64,000 nucleotides of DNA from Dehalococcoidia bacterium (GCA_034422115.1 DAOUJW010000005.1:64292-128291); one strand, 5' to 3'. Shown: positions 19,514-28,897, counted from the first letter of the stretch. The notes: generated by a model from the letters alone, not told the origin. Made by a program: numbers and translations.

Positions 19514-19720
19514 AGGACGAAGGGCCGTCTCCCGGACAGATGTTATGGTTCATGCTGAGGGTTAGGGCGCGGCACTGGCCCTCAGCATGGTGGAAAAGGA
19601 CAGCTCTAGTAGATGGGAGATAGCGGATAGCGAGCGGGTTTGAATTTCGATTGAATACCCGACGATATTCTCAGGATTGGTATTCTGCCCAGCCATCCTG
19701 CTCCAGTGGAGGCAACAGTC

Positions 19721-20626
19721 ATGACTTCTGAGGTTAGACCACGGGTGTCCTTGCTGGGGATCACGCTTGGATTCGGAATCGCCTTGGCATCCATAACCGG
19801 GACGCTCATATATCTTAGTATCGTCGATACTGCGGACCATGTCGATTTGACGAGACGTGATCTCGCCGCCCACGCTTCTGAGGCCAACGGTCGGCTGGAG
19901 ACCATAGAGATCAAGTTGGACTCCACGGACGGACTTGACGATCAGTTGGAGACCATACAAGGCAAGCTGGGATCCATAGACGGACTTAACGATAAGTTGG
20001 AGACTATACAGGACAAACCGGACTCAATGGACGGGCTTAACAATCAGCTGGAGACTATACAAGTCAAGTTGGACTCCATGGACGGGCTTGTTGAGGATGT
20101 TCTTGCACGAGACGAAGAAATAGAATACCTTAACAATGAGTTGAACGGGTTTAGGTCGGCTCTGGCTCACTCTGAGGTCGGTAAGGTAATTGCAGAACAG
20201 CGGGTTGCCCATCTGAGTGCAGAGAGGGACTCATTGTCAGATGATCTGGCCCGCACATCTGAAATAAAAGACGCCCTGCAATATAAGCTGGACACTTTAT
20301 CTCGGAACCCGCCACTGGTATCAGAGCCCATCGAGTCGTCCGGCAATATCGCCCCACGTGAGATCGTGTCCATCCCGATTTACGTGGATCCCCTTGCGGA
20401 GGTAAGAGGGCAAATCATCTGCAATGGCGGCGCTTGCCAGGCGTATATTCAGGACCCAAGTGGACAAAACGTTCTGGACTTAGGTGAAATCCGGCAGGCC
20501 AACTTCAGCTTTGTAGCAGATATTGGTGGGAGGTACAGTTTGGTTATCAGGAGCGCTGAGAGTAGTGGCATTTCGTACGAGGCGACCCATACAGTATTGA
20601 CCCACTACTTCTCCAGCGCTGGGTAA
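19721..20626 (+). CDS. Hypothetical membrane-anchored protein with coiled-coil tandem repeats and a C-terminal beta-rich domain
   Basis: Lies in an AT-richer segment (about 19520-20860). Has one N-terminal TM (LLGITLGFGIALASITGTLIYL) and four 17-aa repeats of the form LETIxxKLDSxDGLxxx. An alternative GTG start exists at 19706. Confidence 0.55.
   Translation: MTSEVRPRVSLLGITLGFGIALASITGTLIYLSIVDTADHVDLTRRDLAAHASEANGRLETIEIKLDSTDGLDDQLETIQGKLGSIDGLNDKLETIQDKPDSMDGLNNQLETIQVKLDSMDGLVEDVLARDEEIEYLNNELNGFRSALAHSEVGKVIAEQRVAHLSAERDSLSDDLARTSEIKDALQYKLDTLSRNPPLVSEPIESSGNIAPREIVSIPIYVDPLAEVRGQIICNGGACQAYIQDPSGQNVLDLGEIRQANFSFVADIGGRYSLVIRSAESSGISYEATHTVLTHYFSSAG
19895..20098 (+). repeat. Four in-frame 51-bp tandem repeats
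   Basis: LETIEIKLDSTDGLDDQ, LETIQGKLGSIDGLNDK, LETIQDKPDSMDGLNNQ and LETIQVKLDSMDGLVED. Confidence 0.85.
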
Positions 20627-20720
20627 GCTGATTGCTTCGTTCCGGGGCATGGGGGTATCGCATTACGCAAGGCGCTTGCTGTACAATCATTACAATCTGA
20701 TAAAATCTCCCAAAATTGTA

Positions 20721-20749
20721 TTGACTGCTCTACAAATCGCCAATACAAT
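20721..20749 (+). promoter_or_regulatory. Sigma-70-like promoter upstream of permease copy 2, embedded in a 10-bp inverted repeat
   Basis: TTGACT (20721-20726), 17-nt spacer, TACAAT (20744-20749). AATTGTATTG and CAATACAATT arms flank and overlap the promoter. Confidence 0.45.
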
Positions 20750-20866
20750 TGGCACTCAATCATAGTGTTGACAGCGTCTTCACTTCAGGCGCAACCGCCT
20801 CTGACCGGTTGAATTCAGCAAGAACGTATAACGGGTGAAGTACCAGCCTAGAGCAAGAGGTCGATC

Positions 20867-21832
20867 ATGCATAGATACGTAGCGAACCGACTAATACAAG
20901 GGGCCGTTACCGGCATACTGGTGTCTCTGGTGATATTTGCCATCCTGCGCATCGCCCCTGGCGACGTAGCGATGATGATCGCGCTGGAGATGACCGGCGG
21001 CGAAGAGGACCTGGTCACAGAGGACCAGCTGCAGAAGATCCGCGAGGACGTGGGGCTCAACGCACCCATATACATGCAGTACCTGAGCTGGATTGGCGGC
21101 TGGGTGACCGGTGACTGGGGCGAGTCCATGTTCTCCAACGAGGGCATTTGGGAGAACTTCATGAGAAAGCTCCCTGTGACCCTGGAGCTGGCGATTCTCT
21201 CCATTGGCTTGTCCACCATCCTGGGGCTTCCCGCAGGGGTGCTCATGGCTCTCAAGCGGGACACCTGGATAGACTACACCCTGAGGATATGGTCTCTGTC
21301 CGGCCTCTCCATACCCAACTTCTGGCTTGCCACCATGCTGCTGGTTATCGGCATGTACATATTCGAGTGGAGTCCCCAGATCGGCTTCGTCCCGTTCTTT
21401 GACGATCCCGGGGCGAACATGGCCCAGTTCTTCTGGCCTGCCGTCATAGTTGGCTTCTCCTCCATGGTCACCAAGGCGCGGATGATGCGCTCCACCATGC
21501 TTGAGGTGCTGCGACAGGACTACATCCGCACAGCCCACGCCAAGGGCCTGAGCGGGACCATGGTCACCTATCGCCACGCCATGAAGAACGCCTTCATCCC
21601 GGTGATCACGGTCATCGGTTTCTCCATAGCCACCATCATCGGCGGCTCCGTGATCATGGAGCGCATCTTCGTCCTGGACGGCATCGGCAACATGCTGGTG
21701 GAGGGCATGAACCAGCGAGACTACCCGGTTGTGCAGTCGCTGGTGCTGCTCTTCTCCCTGTGGATAGTGATCACCAACCTGATTGTGGACCTGAGCTACG
21801 GCTGGCTGGACCCCCGCATACGGTTCGACTAG
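20867..21832 (+). CDS. ABC transporter permease (OppB/DppB-like), copy 2 (paralogue of 18548..19513)
   Basis: 321 aa, collinear with copy 1 over its full length. Most residues are identical, and the nucleotide sequences are clearly diverged. Confidence 0.9.
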   Translation: MHRYVANRLIQGAVTGILVSLVIFAILRIAPGDVAMMIALEMTGGEEDLVTEDQLQKIREDVGLNAPIYMQYLSWIGGWVTGDWGESMFSNEGIWENFMRKLPVTLELAILSIGLSTILGLPAGVLMALKRDTWIDYTLRIWSLSGLSIPNFWLATMLLVIGMYIFEWSPQIGFVPFFDDPGANMAQFFWPAVIVGFSSMVTKARMMRSTMLEVLRQDYIRTAHAKGLSGTMVTYRHAMKNAFIPVITVIGFSIATIIGGSVIMERIFVLDGIGNMLVEGMNQRDYPVVQSLVLLFSLWIVITNLIVDLSYGWLDPRIRFD

Positions 21833-21861
21833 CCCGGCAACGAAAGTCCTGCGATTACGGC

Positions 21862-21891
21862 GAAGTCGGCTTGCAACTGCAAGCCGACTTC
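21862..21891 (+). terminator. Strong hairpin between permease copy 2 and trpG
   Basis: GAAGTCGGCTTGCA-ac-TGCAAGCCGACTTC is a 14-bp perfect stem. It has no clear U-tract, so its function as a terminator is uncertain. Confidence 0.4.
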
Positions 21892-21935
21892 CATTTAGCC
21901 AGGCAGAACGCTACAATTAGCGCTGGAGCACGGCC

Positions 21936-22499
21936 ATGATTCTGCTGATAGACAACTACGACAGCTTCACCTACAACCTGTACCAGTACCTGAGCGAGCT
22001 TGGGGCTGAGGTGGAGGTGGTGCGCAACGACCAGGCCACGGTGGAGGACGTGGAGCTCATGCGCCCGGAGAAGATCGTCATCTCCCCCGGGCCGTGCACT
22101 CCCAGGGAGGCGGGCATCTCCAACGACGTGGTGAGCCACTTCGCCGGCCGCGTGCCCATCCTCGGCGTCTGCCTGGGCCACCAGTGCATCGGCTACACCT
22201 ACGGCGGCACCGTGGACAGGGCCGGAGAGATAATGCACGGCAAGACCTCGATGATCCACCACGACGGCAAGGGCGTTTTCCGCGGCCTTCCCAACCCCTT
22301 CGAGGCCATTCGCTACCACTCCCTGGCCATCTACCGGGAGGACCTGCCGGAGGACCTGGAGGTCACGGCGTGGACGGACAAGGGCCTGATAATGGGCGTG
22401 CGGCACAAGGAGCACCACATTGAGGGCGTGCAGTTCCACCCTGAGTCCATCATGACCGTTGTGGGCAAAGACCTGCTGAGGAACTTCCTCAGCTCCTGA
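21936..22499 (+). CDS. trpG: Anthranilate synthase component II / aminodeoxychorismate synthase glutamine amidotransferase
   Basis: [26 protein letters not shown] catalytic Cys and FHPES; 187 aa. Confidence 0.92.
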   Translation: MILLIDNYDSFTYNLYQYLSELGAEVEVVRNDQATVEDVELMRPEKIVISPGPCTPREAGISNDVVSHFAGRVPILGVCLGHQCIGYTYGGTVDRAGEIMHGKTSMIHHDGKGVFRGLPNPFEAIRYHSLAIYREDLPEDLEVTAWTDKGLIMGVRHKEHHIEGVQFHPESIMTVVGKDLLRNFLSS

Positions 22500-22506
22500 G
22501 GCAAAG

Positions 22507-23520
22507 ATGATACAGGAAGCCATAAGCAGCGTGGTCTCCGGCCATCACCTGTCCGCTGAAGAGGCCGCCCAAGTGATGGAGGAGATAATGACGGGCGAAG
22601 CGACCCCGGCGCAGTTCGGGGCCTTTGTCACAGCCCTGCGACTCAAGGGCGAGACGCCGGACGAAATCGCCGGGATGGCGCGGGTGATGCGCGAGAAGGC
22701 CCTCCGCGTCCAGTCCGACGGCGACCTGGTGGACACATGCGGCACCGGCGGCGACGGGTCGCACACCATAAACGTATCCACCATAGCCGCGTTCGTGACC
22801 GCTGGCGCGGGGCTGAAGGTTGCCAAGCACGGAAACCGGGCCATCACCAGCGCCTGCGGCAGCGCCGACGTCATGGAGGCGGCAGGGGTGAAGGTGGACT
22901 TGGGGCCTGAGGCGGTGGAGCAGTGCATCCGGGACGTGGGCATCGGTTTCATGTTCGCTCCCACCTTCCACCCCGCCATGAGGCACGCCGGTCCTCCCAG
23001 GAGGGAGATAGGCATACGCACCGTGTTCAACATCCTTGGCCCCCTGACCAACCCCGCCGGGGCGCGCAGCCAGGTGCTGGGCGTGGCCGACGGCGCGCTT
23101 GGTGAGAAGATGGCGATGGTGCTGCTCCGACTGGGCTGCCAGCACGCCCTCGTGGTTCACGGGGAGGACGGCCTGGACGAGATATCCATAGCCGCTCCTT
23201 CACAGATATGGGAGCTGAAGGACGGCAACATCTACAACTTCAGCGTTACGCCGGAGGACCTTGGGCTGTCCCGGGCCGCCGCAAGCGACGTACAGGGAAG
23301 CTCCATAGAGGACAACCTGGCCGCAATGAACGGCGTCCTCTCCGGCGAGAGGGGCCCGGCCAGGGACATTGTGCTGCTCAACGCCTCCGCCGCGCTGGCC
23401 GCAGGCAACGCCGTCGATAACCTGAAGCAGGGAATCATGGCCGCCTCCGAGTCCATAGACAGCGGCAAGGCAATGGACAAGCTCCAAGCCCTGGCTGAGC
23501 TGAGCCAGACGCTGACGTAG
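22507..23520 (+). CDS. trpD: Anthranilate phosphoribosyltransferase
   Basis: DTCGTGGDGSHTINVST and KHGNRAITSACGSADV motifs; 337 aa. Confidence 0.95.
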   Translation: MIQEAISSVVSGHHLSAEEAAQVMEEIMTGEATPAQFGAFVTALRLKGETPDEIAGMARVMREKALRVQSDGDLVDTCGTGGDGSHTINVSTIAAFVTAGAGLKVAKHGNRAITSACGSADVMEAAGVKVDLGPEAVEQCIRDVGIGFMFAPTFHPAMRHAGPPRREIGIRTVFNILGPLTNPAGARSQVLGVADGALGEKMAMVLLRLGCQHALVVHGEDGLDEISIAAPSQIWELKDGNIYNFSVTPEDLGLSRAAASDVQGSSIEDNLAAMNGVLSGERGPARDIVLLNASAALAAGNAVDNLKQGIMAASESIDSGKAMDKLQALAELSQTLT

Positions 23521-23529
23521 GTCTCGCAC

Positions 23530-24324
23530 ATGGCTACCATTCTTGACAAGATAGTTGAGGTCAAGGCGCGGGAGGTGGAACGCCGCAAGGTGGAGGAGCC
23601 CCTTGAGGCGCTTGAGGAGCGCATCCGGTCGCTGCCCGTGCCCGCCAACCTGTCCGGCGCGCTCATGGGGGACAGCCTGCGGCTGATAGCGGAGACCAAG
23701 AAGGCGTCGCCGTCCAAGGGCCTGCTGCGGGAGGAGTACGACCCCGCGGCCCTGGCTAAATGCTACGTCGATAACGGCGCAGCGGCGGTCTCGGTGCTCA
23801 CGGAGGTAGACCACTTCCAGGGCAGCCTGGAGCACCTGTCGGCTGTCAAGGAGGTCGTCCGGCCGCACGGCATACCCGCTCTGCGCAAGGACTTCATCTT
23901 CGACCCCTACCAGGTCTACGAGGCCAGGGCCTACGGCGCGGACGCCCTGCTGCTCATAGTCGCCATACTCACGCCTGAGTGCCTCAGGGAGCTTCTGGAG
24001 ATCAGCCAGAGCCTGTGGGTGCAGGCCCTCGTGGAGGTGCACGACGAGTTGGAGCTTCAGACGGCCCTGGACGCGGGCGCGGAGATTATCGGCATCAACA
24101 ACCGGGACCTGCGCACCTTCAACACGGACATCTCCCTCACGGACCGCCTGGCGTCCCTGGCGCCCAGGGGCAAGATTGTGGTCAGCGAGAGCGGCATTCA
24201 CAGCCACGAGGACATGATGCGGCTGCGACGGGGCGGCGCTCACGCCATGCTGGTGGGGGAGGCCATTGTCACAGCCCCGGACCCGGGGGCCAAGGTGAGG
24301 GAGCTGATTCGCGGCTCCGCGTGA
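23530..24324 (+). CDS. trpC: Indole-3-glycerol phosphate synthase
   Basis: ILDKIVEVKAREV, IAETKKASPSKG and IGINNRDLRTF motifs; 264 aa. Confidence 0.95.
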   Translation: MATILDKIVEVKAREVERRKVEEPLEALEERIRSLPVPANLSGALMGDSLRLIAETKKASPSKGLLREEYDPAALAKCYVDNGAAAVSVLTEVDHFQGSLEHLSAVKEVVRPHGIPALRKDFIFDPYQVYEARAYGADALLLIVAILTPECLRELLEISQSLWVQALVEVHDELELQTALDAGAEIIGINNRDLRTFNTDISLTDRLASLAPRGKIVVSESGIHSHEDMMRLRRGGAHAMLVGEAIVTAPDPGAKVRELIRGSA

Positions 24325-24352
24325 GTCCACTCTGCGAAGGAAATCTCTCTGT

Positions 24353-25036
24353 ATGACCAAGGTAAAGATTTGCGGGCTTAGAAACATCGATGACGCGCTG
24401 GCCGCCGCCAAAGCGGGCGCGGACTTTCTGGGCATCGTCTTTGAGCCTCGCAGCAAGCGCTACGTAGGTGAAGATGAGGCGAGAGACCTAGTTAGGGACT
24501 TCCACGAGCGCTGGGGGCAGGACGGCCCTCGCTGGGTGGGCGTCTTCGCCAACCAGCCCCTTGAGGACGTGCAGCGCGTCATCGCTCACTGCGACCTGGA
24601 CATGGCCCAGTTGTCCGGCAGCGAGTCCCCGGACTACTGCCGCCAGGTGGCAAAACCGGTGATTAAGGTGGTGCACGTCAGAAGCGACGCACCGGCCCAG
24701 GACGTTCTGGCGGAGGTGGGCAACTCCCTGGCCCTGTACGAGAACGACGGCCACATGTGTATGCTGGACACCTTCAAGCAGGGAGTCCTTGGCGGCACCG
24801 GCCAGGTCTTCGACTGGGACGTGGCGCGGGAACTGGCCCGCGAACACCCTCTGCTACTGGCGGGAGGCCTTAACCGCGACAACGTCGCCGATGCCATGCG
24901 CCAGGTCGGGTCCTGGGGCCTTGACGTATCCAGCGGCGTCGAGACCGACGGCCAAAAGGACGCGGCCAAAATCGTGGACTTCATAGAGCAGGTACGGCGC
25001 GCAGACGCGTTGCTTAAGCAGAGCGCCGGGGCGTGA
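24353..25036 (+). CDS. trpF: Phosphoribosylanthranilate isomerase
   Basis: [30 protein letters not shown] and [11 protein letters not shown] motifs; 227 aa. Confidence 0.92.
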   Translation: MTKVKICGLRNIDDALAAAKAGADFLGIVFEPRSKRYVGEDEARDLVRDFHERWGQDGPRWVGVFANQPLEDVQRVIAHCDLDMAQLSGSESPDYCRQVAKPVIKVVHVRSDAPAQDVLAEVGNSLALYENDGHMCMLDTFKQGVLGGTGQVFDWDVARELAREHPLLLAGGLNRDNVADAMRQVGSWGLDVSSGVETDGQKDAAKIVDFIEQVRRADALLKQSAGA

Positions 25037-25058
25037 CGACCTCACAGAAGGCAAAAGT

Positions 25059-26255
25059 ATGACAACAGAAAAAGCCCCCCTCCCCGACTCCCTGGGCCAC
25101 TTTGGGCCTTACGGCGGCCGCTTTGTGCCGGAGACCCTGATGTCGGCGCTGGAGGAGCTTGAGAGGGAGTACGCGGCCTCCCGGGAGTCTCACCTCTTTC
25201 AAAATCGTCTCTCCGACTACAACGCCAACTACGCCGGAAGGCCCACGCCCCTCTACTTCGCCCGAAACCTGTCGGCCCAGTTCGGCGGCGCTCGCATCTA
25301 CCTCAAGCGGGAGGACCTGACCCACACCGGGGCGCACAAGATCAACAACGCTCTGGGCCAGGCGCTGCTGGCGCAGCACATGGGCAAGCGGCGCATCATC
25401 GCCGAGACGGGCGCAGGGCAGCACGGCGTTGCAACGGCCACAGCCTGCGCAATGCTGGGGCTGGAGTGCGTGGTGTACATGGGCGAAGAGGACATGCGGC
25501 GACAGGCCATCAACGTCTACCGCATGAGGCTGCTGGGAGCTGAGGTGAGGGCTGTCACGGCGGGAAGCCGAACTCTGAAGGACGCCATCAACGAGGCCAT
25601 CCGCGACTGGGTGACCAACGTGGAGACCACTCACTACCTGCTGGGCAGCGTCGTGGGGCCGCACCCGTACCCGATGATGGTGCGTGACTTCCAGTCGGTC
25701 ATCGGCGCGGAGGCGCGTGGGCAGATGCTGGAGGCGGAGGGCCGCCTGCCCGACTACGCCGTCGCGTGCGTCGGTGGAGGCAGCAACTCGATGGGCCTCT
25801 TCTACCCCTTCATCGACGACACCGAGGTCAAGCTGGTGGGCGTTGAGGCCGGCGGCAGCGGCGTCGACACCGGGAGCCACGCGTCCACTCTCGTCGCCGG
25901 GAGGCCCGGCGTGCTCCACGGCTCCATGTCCTACCTGCTCCAGGACGAGCACGGCCAGGTAATAGAGACCCACAGCATCTCCGCGGGCCTGGACTACCCC
26001 GGCGTTGGCCCGGAGCACAGCCATCTGAAGGACACGGAGCGGGCGGAGTACACCGCCGTCACCGACTCCCAGGCCCTTGAGGGGTTCCACCTGCTCTCAC
26101 GCGCCGAGGGCATCATCCCGGCCCTGGAGCCGGCCCACGCCATCTACTACGTCAGCCAGATGGCCCCCACGCTGCCCCAGGACGCGATTGTCCTGGTCTG
26201 CCTCAGCGGCCGCGGGGACAAGGACGTGGACACGGTGGCGCGCCTGGGAGAGTAG
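25059..26255 (+). CDS. trpB: Tryptophan synthase beta chain
   Basis: [32 protein letters not shown] (PLP lysine) and GGGSNSMG motifs; 398 aa. Confidence 0.97.
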   Translation: MTTEKAPLPDSLGHFGPYGGRFVPETLMSALEELEREYAASRESHLFQNRLSDYNANYAGRPTPLYFARNLSAQFGGARIYLKREDLTHTGAHKINNALGQALLAQHMGKRRIIAETGAGQHGVATATACAMLGLECVVYMGEEDMRRQAINVYRMRLLGAEVRAVTAGSRTLKDAINEAIRDWVTNVETTHYLLGSVVGPHPYPMMVRDFQSVIGAEARGQMLEAEGRLPDYAVACVGGGSNSMGLFYPFIDDTEVKLVGVEAGGSGVDTGSHASTLVAGRPGVLHGSMSYLLQDEHGQVIETHSISAGLDYPGVGPEHSHLKDTERAEYTAVTDSQALEGFHLLSRAEGIIPALEPAHAIYYVSQMAPTLPQDAIVLVCLSGRGDKDVDTVARLGE

Positions 26256-26306
26256 GGACAAGGACACTTTAAGACATTCGCCTATTGACACTTATGGCAG
26301 AATAAT

Positions 26307-26328
26307 GTTAGAACACAAGCGTTCTAAC
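26307..26328. promoter_or_regulatory. Palindromic operator-like site upstream of the HD-domain gene
   Basis: GTTAGAAC-acaagc-GTTCTAAC has perfect 8-bp arms. It lies 14 nt upstream of the TTG start, just before the GAGGTG RBS. A TTGACA sits at 26285-26290. Confidence 0.4.
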
Positions 26329-26341
26329 AACGAGGTGTAAC

Positions 26342-27634
26342 TTGTTGCCTAGCCCTGCTGGGACCTTTAGAGACCCTGTTCATGGTTACATTGATGTTTA
26401 TCCACATGAGAAGACAATTATAGATACCTTCGCTTTCCAGCGTTTGCGGTGGATTCATCAACTGGGACTTTCTTCATACGTCTACCACGGTGCTGAACAT
26501 TCCCGATTTGGACATTCGCTGGGAGCAATGCATCTAGCCGGTAAGTTCACTGAGAGGCTGATACTCAAGAACAGGGGCCTGATCGAGGGAAGTTTAGGTT
26601 GGGAGTCCTCGAACTTCGATCAGAATGCTGAACAGCTTATCATGGAGGCAAGGCTGGGCGGTCTGCTACACGATATTGGCCATGCTCCATTCTCCCATGT
26701 TGGCGAAGCTGCTCTGTTCCCGGAAGGCATGGAGCATGAGGACTATAGTGCCGCTATCATAGTTTCGCCGGATCTGGGTATAGGTGAGACCATAGACACT
26801 GAACTCGAAAGGTGGGGAATCACTAAGGAACGTGTCTCAGAGATAGTAAAGAAAAAGGGAACGTACCAAGCGGGATTTGTGAGAGAACTAGTATCGAGTG
26901 CTTGGGACGTAGACAAAATGGATTATCTGCTTAGGGATTCATTGTACTGTGGCGTGCAATACGGCAACTATGACCTAGATAGATTGCTGGACACATTCAC
27001 GCTATGTGTTGAGGACTCAAGTGGTAATCTCCAGCTCGGAGTAGAGTATGGTGGGCTCCATGCGGTTGAGGGACTCATTTTAGCTCGCTATTTCATGTTC
27101 ACTCAAGTTTACTTCCATGGCGTGAGGCGCGCTTACGACTATATACTGACTGAATTCATCAAGGAACTTCTCTTGGAGGATACAGGTAAAAACCACTATC
27201 CTGAAGATGTGAACGAATTTCTAGAATGGAACGATCTGTCGGTGCTAGCGAAGGCACATGCTCGGGCAGACGCGGAAGATAAGAACCTAGCATGGAGGAT
27301 AGTGTCCAGGCAGCATCCGAAAGTTGTTTACGATACGCCTGATCATCCGGATCAGTTGCGAGCAAGTAGGGCTTTCGTCAGACTACCCGAAGAAATCCGC
27401 CACCAGTTTGGCGACTTGTTAATCTGGGCCGATCGTGCCTCCGACCATCCAGAGAAGTTCAAAACGGAGATGTTGCCGGTCTCACAAGGAGGTTCTTGGA
27501 ATGACATTAAGTACCTCTCCAGGGCATTGCAAGGTTTAGAGGAGATCAGCTTAGTCAGAGTCTACGCGGATGTACGCGGAGATGAGGATCTGAGCCAAAT
27601 AATTAGGGAATTCTGTTTTCAGTTTATGAGATAG
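26342..27634 (+). CDS. SAMHD1-like HD-domain phosphohydrolase (COG1078 / YwfO-like; possible dNTP triphosphohydrolase)
   Basis: 430 aa; FQRLRWIHQLG, HSRFGHSLG, LLHDIGHAPFSH and DKMDYLLRDSLYCGV motifs. The gene is visibly AT-richer than its neighbours. TTG start with a GAGGTG RBS. Confidence 0.8.
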   Translation: MLPSPAGTFRDPVHGYIDVYPHEKTIIDTFAFQRLRWIHQLGLSSYVYHGAEHSRFGHSLGAMHLAGKFTERLILKNRGLIEGSLGWESSNFDQNAEQLIMEARLGGLLHDIGHAPFSHVGEAALFPEGMEHEDYSAAIIVSPDLGIGETIDTELERWGITKERVSEIVKKKGTYQAGFVRELVSSAWDVDKMDYLLRDSLYCGVQYGNYDLDRLLDTFTLCVEDSSGNLQLGVEYGGLHAVEGLILARYFMFTQVYFHGVRRAYDYILTEFIKELLLEDTGKNHYPEDVNEFLEWNDLSVLAKAHARADAEDKNLAWRIVSRQHPKVVYDTPDHPDQLRASRAFVRLPEEIRHQFGDLLIWADRASDHPEKFKTEMLPVSQGGSWNDIKYLSRALQGLEEISLVRVYADVRGDEDLSQIIREFCFQFMR

Positions 27635-27643
27635 GGAGCGAAA

Positions 27644-28180
27644 ATGAGCGATACAGAATTACTTGTCAGGCGACTCGCCGCTATTCAGTGTATAGTGGAG
27701 CAATCAAAGGATATCGGCAAGACGAAGGTTCAGAAGATCATCTACTTCCTGCAAGAGGGACTCCAAGTTCCGCTTGATTACAGCTTTAAAATGCACCACT
27801 ACGGTCCCTTCTCTGATGAGATAGATAGTGGCATTTCAGCACTGCAATCTGCCGGTTACATAGAGGTGACTCACGATTCACAGGGATATGGATATCACAT
27901 TACACCCGCTTCCGAAAAGCAGCTTCCTTGGGACAGTGAGCTAGCCACGTACAAAGAAGAGATGACTAAAGCAATTCACGCTCTTAGCGTCCTAGACGCT
28001 TCAAACCTAGAGTTGTACGCAACGGTTCATTTTGTACACAACCTGTTGGATGAACCCATTAAGGAAAGCGTTGTAGACGATGTTTACAAACTTAAGCCCA
28101 AGTTTCATAGGCAGACTATCCGTCTCGCGTATGATCAACTCGTAAAGAGTGGGCTAATCATTGAGGTGCCTGACTCTTAG
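27644..28180 (+). CDS. Small YwgA-like / Panacea (SocA-like) domain-like protein
   Basis: 178 aa; GKTKVQKIIYFLQE...HHYGPFSDEIDSGISALQSAGYIEV. It starts 10 nt after the HD gene, with a GGGAGCG RBS. The family assignment is from memory of motif style only. Confidence 0.5.
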   Translation: MSDTELLVRRLAAIQCIVEQSKDIGKTKVQKIIYFLQEGLQVPLDYSFKMHHYGPFSDEIDSGISALQSAGYIEVTHDSQGYGYHITPASEKQLPWDSELATYKEEMTKAIHALSVLDASNLELYATVHFVHNLLDEPIKESVVDDVYKLKPKFHRQTIRLAYDQLVKSGLIIEVPDS

Positions 28181-28194
28181 AGATACTTTTGGCT

Positions 28195-28695
28195 TCACCG
28201 CCAGAGACGCGCCAGGTGCTCCGCCTCCTCGTCGCTGAGGGGGTAGGGGCGCTTCAGCCACCGGTAAACCTCAAACCAGCGGCCGGCCACCTTGACGGCC
28301 AGTATGGGGTCAACCTCCTCGGCCAGCACCGCCGTCTCCTCTATCTCATACAGGGTGGACAGCGGCTCGCGGAGAGCCTCCGCCTCCACGCTCATCAGCA
28401 CCTTGTTGGCGTCGTACTTGACGAAGGTCCCGCTCTTTGGGATGCCCATCGTAAGGCGCGCCACTCCCGGTATGCTGACGCCGATCTCCTTGCGCCATGA
28501 CACCCGGTAGACGTCCGACATGTGCATGAACCCGAAGAGGCCTTTCTTCAGGGGCGTCAGCTCCAGGGGCGTCGGGTGCAAGCCCAGGGTGGCCGCCCTG
28601 TTGAGGAATCGTTCGATAATCTCACGCTCTATCGCCTCTTGCGCCGCCCGCGGCGAGAAGATTGCGCCTTGACCAATCTGACTGTACGTAGCCAT
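28195..28695 (-). CDS. Hypothetical protein
   Basis: High-GC ORF convergent on the island. A GGAGGTGGAC RBS favours the ATG at 28695 (MATYSQIGQG) over 28707. No family recognised. Confidence 0.55.
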   Translation of the reverse strand: MATYSQIGQGAIFSPRAAQEAIEREIIERFLNRAATLGLHPTPLELTPLKKGLFGFMHMSDVYRVSWRKEIGVSIPGVARLTMGIPKSGTFVKYDANKVLMSVEAEALREPLSTLYEIEETAVLAEEVDPILAVKVAGRWFEVYRWLKRPYPLSDEEAEHLARLWR

Positions 28696-28897
28696 GTCCA
28701 CCTCCAAATAGCCTTGCTCTAAAGACTTGAAGTGCAGGAAGTGACAACCAGTCTAACCCACGTCAAGGGATTAGCATAGTACCCAGGCCAAATTGTAAGA
28801 ATTTTAATAACTTCACGGCCAATGCGAGTGGAAATCGCCTTCCTTGAATACGGGATATGCGCCCTGTATACTTATCAATTATCTCAACAAGTCTAAT

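Noticed and set aside
19562-19960. 132-aa and 106-aa minus-strand ORFs overlapping the start of the repeat-protein gene
   Set aside because: They have no RBS or motifs, and they overlap the better-supported + strand gene and the intergenic inverted repeat.
23200-26090. 418-aa and 358-aa minus-strand ORFs across trpD/trpC and trpB
   Set aside because: They are antisense to unambiguous trp genes and show typical high-GC shadow composition.
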